Positions 36,048 through 45,659 of a DNA stretch of 64,000 bases are shown here, one piece after another. The DNA is from Pseudomonadota bacterium (GTDB taxonomy: Bacteria > Pseudomonadota > Alphaproteobacteria > Rhizobiales > Aestuariivirgaceae), in NCBI GenBank assembly GCA_049323275.1, contig JBMOOM010000058.1, positions 11,177 through 75,176 of the forward strand, in the 5' to 3' direction. The notes below the pieces were generated by a model. It did not search any database. It was not told where the DNA came from and was given only the letters and a program-made list of their open reading frames with translations. A program made the position numbers and the translations under genes. How positions within the stretch are numbered: position 1 is the stretch's first letter; each line of letters starts with the position of its first letter.

Positions 36048-36851
36048 GTGGCCCAGTCGGCTAATCTCACCGTCATGATCGCCGCCGTGCGCAAGGCGGC
36101 GCGCGGCGTGCAGCGCGATTTCGGCGAAATCGCCAATCTCCAGGTCTCGGTCAAGGGGCCGGGCAATTTCGTCACCGCCGCCGACAAGCGCTGCGAGAAG
36201 GTGCTGCGCGACGAGCTCGAAAAGGCGCGGCCGGGCTACAGTTTCCTGATGGAGGAATCAGGCAAGGTCGTCGGTCGCGATCCGGAGCACCGCTGGATCA
36301 TCGATCCGATCGACGGCACCACGAATTTCATCCATTCCGTCCCGTTCTTCGCCTTGTCGGTGGCGCTCGAGCGCAAGGGCGACCTTCTGTGCGCGGTGAC
36401 ATATAATCCGATCACCGACGAGCTGTTCACCGCCGAGCGCGGGCAGGGGGCTTTCCTCAACAACCGCCGCCTGCGGGTGGCGGCGCGCAAGACGCTCCCC
36501 GATGCGGTGCTCGCCTGGGGCATTCCCTCGATCGGCGAAGCGGACCGGCATGACCAGTTCCAGCGCGAGCTGGCGCGTCTCCAGCCCAAGGTCGCGGCGA
36601 TCCGCCAGATGGGCTCGGCGGCGCTCGAGCTCGCTTATGTGGCGGCGGGCCGTTTCGACGTCATGCAGGGCCGGGGCCTCGAGCCCTGGGACACGGCAGC
36701 GGGCATCCTGATGGTGCGCGAGGCGGGCGGCGTGATTTCCTCAGCGGAAGGCGAGAAGACTCCTTTCGAGACGGGAACGGTGCTGGCCGGCAATGCCGAG
36801 CTCGTGCCGCTGGTCAAGGCCGAGATCGCCAAGGCGCGCCAAGGAAACTGA
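36048..36851 (+). CDS. suhB: Inositol monophosphatase family protein
   Basis: WIIDPIDGTTNF, GSAALELAYVA, PWDTAAG. Confidence 0.9.
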   Translation: MAQSANLTVMIAAVRKAARGVQRDFGEIANLQVSVKGPGNFVTAADKRCEKVLRDELEKARPGYSFLMEESGKVVGRDPEHRWIIDPIDGTTNFIHSVPFFALSVALERKGDLLCAVTYNPITDELFTAERGQGAFLNNRRLRVAARKTLPDAVLAWGIPSIGEADRHDQFQRELARLQPKVAAIRQMGSAALELAYVAAGRFDVMQGRGLEPWDTAAGILMVREAGGVISSAEGEKTPFETGTVLAGNAELVPLVKAEIAKARQGN

Positions 36852-36955
36852 GGCGGCGCGAACCGGCGCTTTTTGAAGTTTACGCTGTATCTACCTTGTA
36901 TGATTTTAGAGTGAGCCGCGGCTTGCCAGGCGCATCGCCTGCCTACAAATGCTAA

Positions 36956-36976
36956 AGGCCGGGACATGCCCGGCCT
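36956..36976 (-). terminator. Terminator hairpin after rpsU
   Basis: AGGCCGGG-ACATG-CCCGGCCT followed on the minus strand by TTAGCATTT. Confidence 0.6.
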
Positions 36977-37001
36977 CGGTCTCACTGCCTTGACGGCGTG
37001 A

Positions 37002-37235
37002 TTACGGCTTGACGACTTTCTTGGGGGCCGGGAGCAGGCCTTCGCGCTGCAGGCGCTTGCGGGCCAGCTTACGGGCGCGGCGGACGGCTTCCGCCTTCTC
37101 GCGGGCCTTCTTCTCGGAAGGCTTCTCGTAATGGCCGCGGAGCTTCATCTCGCGGAAAATACCCTCACGCTGCATCTTCTTCTTGAGGGCCTTGAGTGCC
37201 TGGTCGACATTGTTGTCGCGAACGATAACTTGCAC
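37002..37235 (-). CDS. rpsU: 30S ribosomal protein S21
   Basis: [25 protein letters not shown]...YEKPSEK. Confidence 0.97.
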   Translation of the reverse strand: MQVIVRDNNVDQALKALKKKMQREGIFREMKLRGHYEKPSEKKAREKAEAVRRARKLARKRLQREGLLPAPKKVVKP

Positions 37236-37352
37236 GAGTTTTGACCTCGGTTCCTTTAGAAAGTGGTTGTGTTCAGAAAAGCAGCCCGGAATAACCCGGG
37301 CCGTTCGAAAGGGCTGCCCCTTTCAAGCTGGCGGGCGAAATAGCACAGGGTT

Positions 37353-38446
37353 TCAGCCCTGTCGAGGGGTCAGCCGGTTAATATGGCCCATTTTACGGCC
37401 GGCGCGGCATTCCGCCTTGCCGTAGAGATGCAGGCCGGAATGGGGTTCCCGGGCCAGATTCTGCCAGTTTTCGGCATCCTCGCCCAGGAGGTTGGTCATG
37501 ATGACGTCGCTGTGGCGTTCCGGGCTGCCGAGCGGCCAGCCGGCCACGGCGCGGATATGCTGCTCGAACTGGGAAACGGCGCAGGCATCCATGGTCCAAT
37601 GGCCGGAATTGTGGACCCTGGGGGCGATCTCGTTGACGATCAGCCGCTCGGCGCCCTGGCCCCTGGCGAAGAACAGCTCCACCCCGATGACGCCGACATA
37701 ATCGAGGGCCGCCGTGATCCGGGCCGCGATCTCGCGGGCCTCCGCCGCCGTCTCGGGGGCGATGGCGGCCGGGACGATCGACTGATGCAGGATGTGATTC
37801 GCGTGCCGGTTCTCCGGAACGTCATAGACGGCGATCGCGCCATCCCAGCCGCGCGCGGCGATGACCGAGACTTCCTTCTCGAAGGCGACGAAGCCCTCCA
37901 GGATGGCGGGACGAGCGCCGATCCGGGCCCAGGCGGCTGGGAGTGCCGTTTCGGCGCGGATGGTGGTCTGGCCCTTGCCGTCATAGCCGAAGCGGCGGGT
38001 CTTGAGGATCGACGGCCGGCCGATGCGGGCGACGGCCCGTTCGAGCCCGGCCTCGTCGTCGACGGAGGCGAAAGGCGCCGTTTCGAGGCCGATGCGGGTG
38101 AGGAAGGTCTTCTCGACGAAACGGTCCTGGCTGGTGGCGAGCGCTTCGGCCCCCGGCGCCAGGGGCTTGCGGCGGCCGAGAATAGCGGCGGTCTCGGCCG
38201 GCACATTCTCGAACTCGTAGGTGACGACATCGACGGCGGCGGCGAAGGCTTCCAGCGCGTCGCGGTCGTCATAGGCCGCACAGGTGTGAGACGCGGCGAC
38301 CTGGAAGGCGGGACTGTCCAACTCCGGCGCGAAGATGTGGCATTTGAGGCCGAGGCGCGCCGCGGCCAGCGCCAGCATGCGGCCGAGCTGGCCGCCGCCC
38401 AGAATGCCGATGACGGAATTGGGCGGCAAAGGACGTTCGAGCCGCA

Positions 38447-38447
<1 letters not shown>
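37353..38447 (-). CDS. purK: N5-carboxyaminoimidazole ribonucleotide synthase
   Basis: GILGGGQLGRML, VTYEFENV, GYDGKGQ, NEIAPRVHNSGHWT. Confidence 0.96.
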
Positions 38448-38934
<487 letters not shown>

Positions 38935-38938
<4 letters not shown>

Positions 38939-39144
38939 GCGATGATATCCGGGATCAGCTTGTCCTCGACCTTCTGGATCTCGTCCTTGATCTGCAGCTT
39001 CATCTTCTTGAGCCGGCGCAATTGCAGCTGGTCGCCGGCGCCAGACGCCTCGAGCGACGAAATGGCGGCATCCAGGTCGCGATGTTGCTGGCGCAGCGTC
39101 ATGAGCCTCGTCTGCAGAAGATTCTCTTCGGTCCCATCGATCAT
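38935..39144 (-). CDS. DUF465/YdcH family protein
   Basis: [12 protein letters not shown]...[14 protein letters not shown]. Confidence 0.88.
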
Positions 39145-39261
39145 CCGGCGCCTACCCCAGTTTGCGCACCGATTTTTTCCACACTCCCTATGCCCTTGCA
39201 CGGGGTTCGACAAGACCCCAAGTCTGTGTCACACTCATATGGTCAATCACAGGAGGCTTTG

Positions 39262-39438
39262 ATGAGCGTTCAGGCGCATCTCGGTGAACTGGCGGCAAAA
39301 CATAAGGCTCTGGAAGCGGAGCTCGAGGACGTGATGTCCCACCCCGCTTCGACGGACGCCGAAATTGCCGAGCTGAAGCGCAGGAAACTCCGAATCAAAG
39401 ACGAAATATCCAAGCTGGCCGACCAGATCAGGCACTAG
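39262..39438 (+). CDS. DUF465/YdcH family protein
   Basis: AGGAGG RBS; LAAKHKALEAEL...ELKRRKLRIKDEI. Confidence 0.88.
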   Translation: MSVQAHLGELAAKHKALEAELEDVMSHPASTDAEIAELKRRKLRIKDEISKLADQIRH

Positions 39439-39469
39439 CCGGCTTACAGGATCGGGGACCAAAAATTCG

Positions 39470-39505
39470 CGTCACTTCAGGCCGGTTGACGGTCCTGAAG
39501 TGACG
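39470..39505. terminator. Hairpin at the 3' end of the ureohydrolase operon
   Basis: CGTCACTTCAGG / CCTGAAGTGACG 12-bp stem with an upstream A-run. Confidence 0.6.
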
Positions 39506-39623
39506 GAAACATCCCACGTTTTTCAAACATTCAGACTGACATGGGCGCCAGGATTCCCTGGCTGCGTGTCCGGCCGGGGAATGGCGGGCGTGATCGCCGG
39601 AATGTGATCGCGAGCAGCCTTCG

Positions 39624-40670
39624 CTACTCGGCGGCGATCAGGTCGGCGCGGCGCAGTGAGGCGTCGATGACGTCGCCGCGCGCGGCCGCCAGCGACGCCA
39701 TCAGGCGCATGATGACGCAGGCGGCGAGACGCGCCGCCGTGCCGCTGATGTCGAAAATCGGGCAGAGCTCGGTGAGGTCGATCACCGAAACCTGGCCGCG
39801 CCTGGCGATCATGTCGGCGATGCGCATCATCTCGCGCGACTCGATGCCGCCGGGCTCCGTCGCGGTGACGCCGGGCGCGGCGGATGAATCCATCACGTTG
39901 AAGTTGAAGCTGAGATATTGCGCATCGGTGCCGGTCCAGACGCGCTCGATCCCCTTCTCGACCGGCGGGAACAGGCCCTGATCGACGAGATCGAACATGG
40001 AGTTGAAGGCGAGGCCGCGCTCGCGCGCGAGGTCGATATGGTCCTTGGGATTCATGGCGTTGCGGGCGCCCAGATGCGCGACATTGCCGATCGCGAGATT
40101 GGGCAGCTCGGTGATGCGGGCCAGGGCGCAAGGCGCCAGATTGCGCTCGCCCGCCCAGCTGTCGGCCATGTCGAGATGGGCGCCGAAATGCATGTAGCCC
40201 ATCTTCTTCTGCGCGCCGATATGATCCGACAGCGCGCGCGCCGCGGCGATCGAGATCGAGCGGTCGCCGCCGCAGACGATGGGCGTGACGCCCGACTGCA
40301 GGACTTCGCGCACGGCGCGGTAGATGCGCTCATGGGCGACGTCGGGGCTCACCTTCGGCATCGACACGTCGCCGCAATCGACTGCCTTGCCGTTGAGATC
40401 GACATTGTATTCGAACCAGTAGGAGAAATATTCCTGCGAGACGAGTCGGAATTCACGCGGGCCGTCCTCGGAGCCGGGCTTGCCGACATTGCCTTCGTCG
40501 AAAGGCACGCCGAGAAAGGCATATTGGGCGCCGCTCTTGCGCAGCGCGTCCGCCTTGAGCGGCACATGCGCCGAGCGCAGGAAGGTGATGAGGCCGGGGG
40601 CGCGGTAATTGTCGCCCGCGTCGCCGCCGAGCGGGGAGAAAAGATGCGCATAGGCTTTTGCCGGATTCAT
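39624..40670 (-). CDS. Ureohydrolase beta subunit, non-catalytic (MfmB/MefH-beta-like)
   Basis: Arginase fold but metal ligands lost: GGDRS (H>R), HFGAHLD (D>G), FNFNVMD (DxD>NxN). The N-terminus MNPAKAYAHLFSPLGGDAGDNYRAPG matches my recall of metformin hydrolase beta. Confidence 0.85.
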   Translation of the reverse strand: MNPAKAYAHLFSPLGGDAGDNYRAPGLITFLRSAHVPLKADALRKSGAQYAFLGVPFDEGNVGKPGSEDGPREFRLVSQEYFSYWFEYNVDLNGKAVDCGDVSMPKVSPDVAHERIYRAVREVLQSGVTPIVCGGDRSISIAAARALSDHIGAQKKMGYMHFGAHLDMADSWAGERNLAPCALARITELPNLAIGNVAHLGARNAMNPKDHIDLARERGLAFNSMFDLVDQGLFPPVEKGIERVWTGTDAQYLSFNFNVMDSSAAPGVTATEPGGIESREMMRIADMIARRGQVSVIDLTELCPIFDISGTAARLAACVIMRLMASLAAARGDVIDASLRRADLIAAE

Positions 40671-40690
40671 GATGTCGTCTCCTCCTGAAA

Positions 40691-41764
40691 TTATGGTTGC
40701 CTGCCGTGCCGGCGCAGCGTCTCGGCGCGCGAGCCGAGATAGTGGTAGATCATGTTGACCGCCATCTTGGCGCTGATCTGGCTCGAATCGAAATACGGAC
40801 AGAGCTCGACGACATCGAGAATGTCGCAGCCATACTGGCCGGCGATACGGGCGAACAGGATCGCCTCGCGGCCCTTGAGGCCGTAGCATTCGGGCGACGT
40901 CGAGCCCGGCATGCAGCTCATGTCGATGGAGTCGGTGTCCCAGGTGAAATAAAGCGTGTCGGCATCCTTCTTCACGCGCTCGAAGACCTCGCGCGCGCAC
41001 GCCTCGAGGCCACGCTCGACGACCTCGGGCATGGCGACGACGCGGATCTCGTTGTCGACATAGAAGTCCCACCAGTCCTTAGGGTTCAGGCCGTTGCGCG
41101 AGCCCAGATGCGCCATGTTGCGGGCCGAGACATTGGGCAGATCGAGGGCGCGCGGCGCGCCCGAGCAGTTGGTGATGGGATTGCCGGCCCAGTCGGGGCC
41201 GGCATCGAGATGGCTGTCGACATGGAGGTAGCCCATACGGCCGGCGCCGGTGTAGCGCGACAGCGCCTTGGCGCCGGGGATCGGCAGTGAGTGATCGCCG
41301 CCGAACAGGATGACCTTGGCGCCGCCCTCCAGGCATTCGGTGACGTAATCGGTGGTGTAGTCCTGCGACCTGGCATTGTTGCCCGGCACATTCGGCACAT
41401 CGCCGCAGTCGACGACACGAAAGAAGCTCAACAGGTCGACGTCATATTCGAACATGTAGGGAAAATACTGCGTCGTCGCCTCGCGCAATGCCGAAGCGCC
41501 TTGCGAGGTGCCGGCGCGGACGATCTGGCCCTGGTCCCAGGGGACGGCGAGAAAGCAGATCTTGGCGCCCATCGCGCGGATCTTGTGGCGGTCGGGCGGG
41601 CAATAGGGCGCGCCCATGAAGGTGGCGAGGCCGCGCGACTTGAAGGCGCCATTATGCAGTTTGGGCGAATAGATATGGTCGAGCGGGCCGTGCTGCTCAG
41701 CCGGACCTTGATGCTGATGCGGCGTGAAGCGCCATGGGGTGGTCTCCGATCTCTCCTCTCGCAT
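40691..41764 (-). CDS. Ureohydrolase alpha subunit, catalytic; probable dimethylguanidine hydrolase (MfmA-like)
   Basis: Intact ligands H158 (GGDH), D183/H185/D187 (HVDSHLD), D276/D278 (WDTDSID); TNCSG at 198-202; loop PGSTSPE at 286-292. Confidence 0.82.
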   Translation of the reverse strand: MREERSETTPWRFTPHQHQGPAEQHGPLDHIYSPKLHNGAFKSRGLATFMGAPYCPPDRHKIRAMGAKICFLAVPWDQGQIVRAGTSQGASALREATTQYFPYMFEYDVDLLSFFRVVDCGDVPNVPGNNARSQDYTTDYVTECLEGGAKVILFGGDHSLPIPGAKALSRYTGAGRMGYLHVDSHLDAGPDWAGNPITNCSGAPRALDLPNVSARNMAHLGSRNGLNPKDWWDFYVDNEIRVVAMPEVVERGLEACAREVFERVKKDADTLYFTWDTDSIDMSCMPGSTSPECYGLKGREAILFARIAGQYGCDILDVVELCPYFDSSQISAKMAVNMIYHYLGSRAETLRRHGRQP

Positions 41765-42140
41765 AGGCTTCCTCCTCGAACGGTTCTTGTGACGGCGTAG
41801 TTTCGATCTCGATGTCGACCAGCTCCAATTCGCGCCCGCTCAGCACCTGGCGCGACGGCCGGCCGCAATCCGGGCAGCGCAGATTGGCGAGCGAGCGGGG
41901 CGTCTTTTCCCCTTTGCAGGCGGCGCAGAACAGCGTGAGCGGAATCTCCTCGATATGCAGCCTGGCGCCCTCGCACAGCGTGCCGCGGGTCGCGGGGCCG
42001 AAGCAGAAATAGAGCGAACGCGCGATGCCGCGCATGGCGCCGAGACGGACAAACATCCGGGTGACGCGTCCGGCGCCCTGTTTTTCCGCGTGGTCGCAGG
42101 CGATGGCGATGAGGCTCGCGGCGATGGTCAGCTCATGCAT
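41697..42140 (-). CDS. hypA: Nickel metallochaperone HypA
   Basis: MHELTIA N-terminal Ni motif; CAAC...CPDC zinc finger; SGRELEL. Confidence 0.92.
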   Translation of the reverse strand: MHELTIAASLIAIACDHAEKQGAGRVTRMFVRLGAMRGIARSLYFCFGPATRGTLCEGARLHIEEIPLTLFCAACKGEKTPRSLANLRCPDCGRPSRQVLSGRELELVDIEIETTPSQEPFEEEAYARGEIGDHPMALHAASASRSG

Positions 42141-42981
42141 GGTGATGATGCTCGCCGGCCGCATGCTGGCGGGCATGGCCGATCCAATGGAGCCAGTCCG
42201 CCATGCCTTGACCGTCGCGCGCCGACAGGACGATCGCCTCGATATCGGGATTGATGTCGCGGGCGCGCGCGATGCAGGCTGCAATGTCGAAGTCGCAATG
42301 GGGCGCAAGATCGGCCTTGGAGATGAGCAGCAGGTCGGCGACGGCGAAGGCTTCCGGATATTTGACGGGCTTGTCGTCGCCTTCCGTCACCGAGAGGATG
42401 ACGACCTTGTGGGCCTCGCCCAGGTCGAAGCCGGCCGGGCAGGCGAGGTTGCCGACATTCTCGATGAAGAGCACGCCGCCGGCCTCGAGCGCCAGGCCGG
42501 AAAGCGCCTGATCGATCATGTCGGCATCGAGATGGCAGCCCTTGCCGGTATTGATCTGCACTGCCTCTGTGCCGGTGGCGCGGATGCGCTCGGCGTCGTT
42601 GGACGTCTCCTGGTCGCCCTCTATCACCCAGGTGGGGAAGGCGCTGCCGAGGCGCCGCAAGGTCTCGACCAGCAAGGTCGTCTTGCCGGCGCCGGGACTG
42701 GCGATGAGATTGAGGGCCAGGATCGAGCGCATCGCGAGCTTGCGGCGCACGCCGTCGGCATGAAAGTCGTTCTTCGCCAGGATCTCGCGCTCGATCTGGA
42801 CCAGGCGCGTCTGGTTCATGCCGGGAACGCTCACTTTGGCGATGTCGCGGCCGAAATGCAGATTCTGGTGAAGGGGATGATTGCGATCGTGGGCCTGATC
42901 ATGCTGATGATGCGCCAGGGGACCGGCGCCCCTGCCGTCGATGCGCTTATCGCTGGGACCGCAACCGCAGATCTGGCACAT
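42133..42981 (-). CDS. hypB: Nickel-insertion GTPase HypB
   Basis: MCQICGC, His-rich linker, SPGAGKTT, NTGKGCHLDA, ENVGNLACP, EGDDKP; C-terminal EHHHHA. Confidence 0.95.
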   Translation of the reverse strand: MCQICGCGPSDKRIDGRGAGPLAHHQHDQAHDRNHPLHQNLHFGRDIAKVSVPGMNQTRLVQIEREILAKNDFHADGVRRKLAMRSILALNLIASPGAGKTTLLVETLRRLGSAFPTWVIEGDQETSNDAERIRATGTEAVQINTGKGCHLDADMIDQALSGLALEAGGVLFIENVGNLACPAGFDLGEAHKVVILSVTEGDDKPVKYPEAFAVADLLLISKADLAPHCDFDIAACIARARDINPDIEAIVLSARDGQGMADWLHWIGHARQHAAGEHHHHA

Positions 42982-43000
42982 GATCAGCCTCCCTGGAAAA

Positions 43001-43684
43001 TCATCTCCCGGCGGATTTAGTCCCGCCCGCATAATGCAAGAGCCGCCAGATGACGGTTTTGAGCGTCTTCATCGCATCGGGAATCGGCGCGCCATTCGGC
43101 ATGAAGCTGCCGAAGTAGATGCCGTCGATATTGCGCGAGATGAAGGCGGCCATCTCTTCCGCGTCGGGGCAGGTGAAGAGGCCCGCGGCCTGTCCCTTGC
43201 GAATGCAATCGGCCAGGATCTTCTTCTCGGTTTCGTAGAAGTCCTCGACGAAGCTGTCGATGAATTTCGGTCCGCCGTCATCGGCATGACCGACATTGAC
43301 GAACATGATGCGCACCACGCTGCGCAGCGTTTCCGACATCTCGACATTGAGATCGAGATAGGCGTCGAGCCGCGCGACCGGACTGTCATGGCGCGTGAGC
43401 ACGGCGCCGTAATTGGTCATCAGCCGGTCGAGCGCGTGCAGCACCGAGGACTGATAGAGAATATCCTTGCTCTTGAAATAATAATAGATCAGCGAATGCG
43501 CCACGCCGAGCTTCTTGGCGACGAGCGGAATGGTGACCTTCCTGTAGTCCTCTTCGGCGAAGCATTTGAGCGCAGCCTCGAGCAGCGAGTCGGCGCGCGC
43601 GCCCGGATTCCGATAGAGCCGGTTCTTGGCGCGCTTCACCGATTTCACGCGGTCTGCGAGGTGGCTGAGGGCCAGGGATTCCAT
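43001..43684 (-). CDS. TetR/AcrR family regulator leading the hydrolase operon
   Basis: LLEAALKCFAEEDYRKVTIPLVAKKLGVAHSLIYYYFKSKDIL; start uncertain. Confidence 0.9.
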   Translation of the reverse strand: MESLALSHLADRVKSVKRAKNRLYRNPGARADSLLEAALKCFAEEDYRKVTIPLVAKKLGVAHSLIYYYFKSKDILYQSSVLHALDRLMTNYGAVLTRHDSPVARLDAYLDLNVEMSETLRSVVRIMFVNVGHADDGGPKFIDSFVEDFYETEKKILADCIRKGQAAGLFTCPDAEEMAAFISRNIDGIYFGSFMPNGAPIPDAMKTLKTVIWRLLHYAGGTKSAGR

Positions 43685-43700
43685 GGTGCGTTGGCAATAT

Positions 43701-43869
43701 TTGACAGTTGTTTCAAGATAATCTGCACATGCTTTGACAGTTGTGTCAATTCACATTTAAGGCCTGGCCCTTCGTTTGATCCATATTTTATTGATACATT
43801 TACGCAGGAGTTGGAATTTTTCCGGTCGTCAAACTTTTTGGCGACAAATGATTTGACAAATATGTCAAA
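43701..43869. promoter_or_regulatory. Three TTGACA-N4-TGTCAA-type operator palindromes in the divergent promoter
   Basis: 43701-43716 (TTGACAGTTGTTTCAA, one mismatch), 43734-43749 (perfect), 43852-43869 (TTTGACAAATATGTCAAA, perfect). Confidence 0.8.
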
Positions 43870-43985
43870 GTACATCAGCCTGATCGTGAGATCGCTCGTC
43901 CTGGCTGCAGAATTCATGGCGAAGACCATGCCGGACAGGTTTTCGAGCCGCTCACGCGTTCATTCAATCTTTGGAGGAGGATGGA

Positions 43986-44177
43986 ATGAGTATCTCTGCG
44001 CTGACCGACAACAGTGAAATCCGCCAGGAGCTCGATCGCAGGCTGGCGATCCTGGATGACCCCGCCTACAGCGATCCGGCGCGCGCCGACATATCGGGCC
44101 GCGAGATCGCGATCTGGTTCGCCATCGCGGCGGCGATCACCGCCGTGGCGCTTCTCTTGCGCGGCTGGGGCGCGTGA
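43986..44177 (+). CDS. Small single-TM membrane protein upstream of the permease
   Basis: GGAGGAGG RBS; 63 aa with a C-terminal hydrophobic helix; stop overlaps the permease ATG (TGATG). Confidence 0.75.
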   Translation: MSISALTDNSEIRQELDRRLAILDDPAYSDPARADISGREIAIWFAIAAAITAVALLLRGWGA

Positions 44178-45598
44178 TGGCGGTGCAGTCCCAGAAGATC
44201 ACCGGCGCCAGTGCCGCTTTCGGCACGCTGCCGGTCCTGAGAGAGGAACGCGAGCTCGGCTTCCTCGATCATTCCTGGATCAATATCGGCCTCGCGATCG
44301 CCACCTGGGCGTTCCTCCTCGGCGGCAGCACGGCGTTGGTGGTCGGCGCCCATGACGGCATCTATGCCATCGTCATCGGGAATGTGATCGGCGTCGCCAT
44401 CATGGCGGCGAGCGTGTGCATCTCGACCGGCAAATACGGGATCGAGCAGTTCACCTTGCTGCGCTCGGTCTTCGGGCCGCTCGGCATATTGATCCTGGTG
44501 GGCCTGTTTCTCGCCGTCTATGGCGTCGGCTGGTCGTCGATCCTGTCGATCATGTTCGGGCGCGCGCTGAGCGGCGTGTTCAACCAGGCCGGTGGAACCC
44601 GGATCGGCGAGAACGATCTCGGCGTGTCGCTGCTGGCGCTGGTGGCCATCGCGATCTCGTGGCTCCTGCTGTGGCGCGGGCCGACCGCGGTCAAGTGGCT
44701 CAACCGTTTCGTCGGGCCCGGCAAGCTCGTTCTGTGCGTCGGCACGCTGTTCCTGATCTTCGGCGCAAAGAGCTGGAGCGACATCGCCAGCGCGCCGCCG
44801 CTCGCACCCTTCGAGGATCCGCGGGTGAATTTCATGATCGCGGTCGAGTTCAATCTCGCCGCCGGCTTCGGCTGGTGGCCGATACTGGGCAATATCTCCC
44901 GCTTCACGCGGACACCGCGCGCGGCTTTATGGCCCAATTTGATCGGCGTGTTCGCCGCCGCCGTGCTCGGCGAGCTGGTCGGGCTGTTCGCCGCGCTGAG
45001 CCTCGGCTCGCATGATCCGACCGCCTGGATGATTCCGCTCGGCGGCATGGTCGCGGGCGTCGCGGCGCTGCTCTTCATCGGGCTCGCCAACATCACGGCG
45101 ATCGTCAGCATCTTCTATGGCATGTGCCTCGCCATGCGGCAGGCGGGCGGGCGCCATCTCGAAGCCGTCTCCTGGGGGCTGCTCACCGGCGTGCTGTTCG
45201 TGCCCGTCGCGGTGATGGCCTTCTTTCCGGGGCAGATCTACGATAATTTCTTCAAGTTCCTGGCCTGGACGGCGCTCGGCTTCGCGCCGCTCTCCGGCGT
45301 CACCGCGGTGGACTATCTGGTCCTCAGGCGCGGGCGGATCCGGCAGAGCGACGTCTATAGCGACGCCCCGACCTCGGATTATGCCTTCTGGCGCGGCATC
45401 AATCCGGCCGCCTTCCTCGCCATCGCGATCGGCGGGATCGTCTATTATCTGCTGTTCGATCCGCTGTCGCTCGCGACCCATGGCCTGTTCATCTGGCTCA
45501 GCGCGTCGGTGCCCGCCTGCTTCATCGCCGGGCTCTCCTACTACCTGCTGACCAGGGCGCTCATCATCCCCGCCAGGCTCGGCGGTTATGAGCGCTGA
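44177..45598 (+). CDS. NCS1 (cytosine/purine permease, CodB-like) transporter
   Basis: About 12 TM helices; IATWAFLLGG, GKYGIEQFTLLRSVFG, GWWPILGNISRF, VDYLVLRR, WRGINPAA. Confidence 0.87.
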   Translation: MAVQSQKITGASAAFGTLPVLREERELGFLDHSWINIGLAIATWAFLLGGSTALVVGAHDGIYAIVIGNVIGVAIMAASVCISTGKYGIEQFTLLRSVFGPLGILILVGLFLAVYGVGWSSILSIMFGRALSGVFNQAGGTRIGENDLGVSLLALVAIAISWLLLWRGPTAVKWLNRFVGPGKLVLCVGTLFLIFGAKSWSDIASAPPLAPFEDPRVNFMIAVEFNLAAGFGWWPILGNISRFTRTPRAALWPNLIGVFAAAVLGELVGLFAALSLGSHDPTAWMIPLGGMVAGVAALLFIGLANITAIVSIFYGMCLAMRQAGGRHLEAVSWGLLTGVLFVPVAVMAFFPGQIYDNFFKFLAWTALGFAPLSGVTAVDYLVLRRGRIRQSDVYSDAPTSDYAFWRGINPAAFLAIAIGGIVYYLLFDPLSLATHGLFIWLSASVPACFIAGLSYYLLTRALIIPARLGGYER

Positions 45599-45630
45599 CC
45601 ACACTCCCCGCCCTATGGGCAAACTGACGA

Positions 45631-45659
45631 GAGCGCCGGTCCTGTATGGGCCGGCGCTC
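45631..45659. terminator. Hairpin between the convergent permease and cupin genes
   Basis: GAGCGCCGGTCC / GGGCCGGCGCTC. Confidence 0.6.

Noticed and set aside
39624-41764. Two ordinary agmatinases (speB)
   Set aside because: One copy lacks the metal ligands, and the HypAB context fits a Ni heteromer rather than a Mn homomer
41697-42981. hypA/hypB as evidence of a hydrogenase or urease cluster
   Set aside because: No hydrogenase or urease structural or other maturation genes are nearby; they are co-transcribed with the ureohydrolase pair
43870-43985. Guanidine riboswitch upstream of the permease
   Set aside because: No ykkC, mini-ykkC (ACGR loops) or guanidine-III consensus recognisable by eye; regulation is explained by TetR operators. 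cmscan would settle it.
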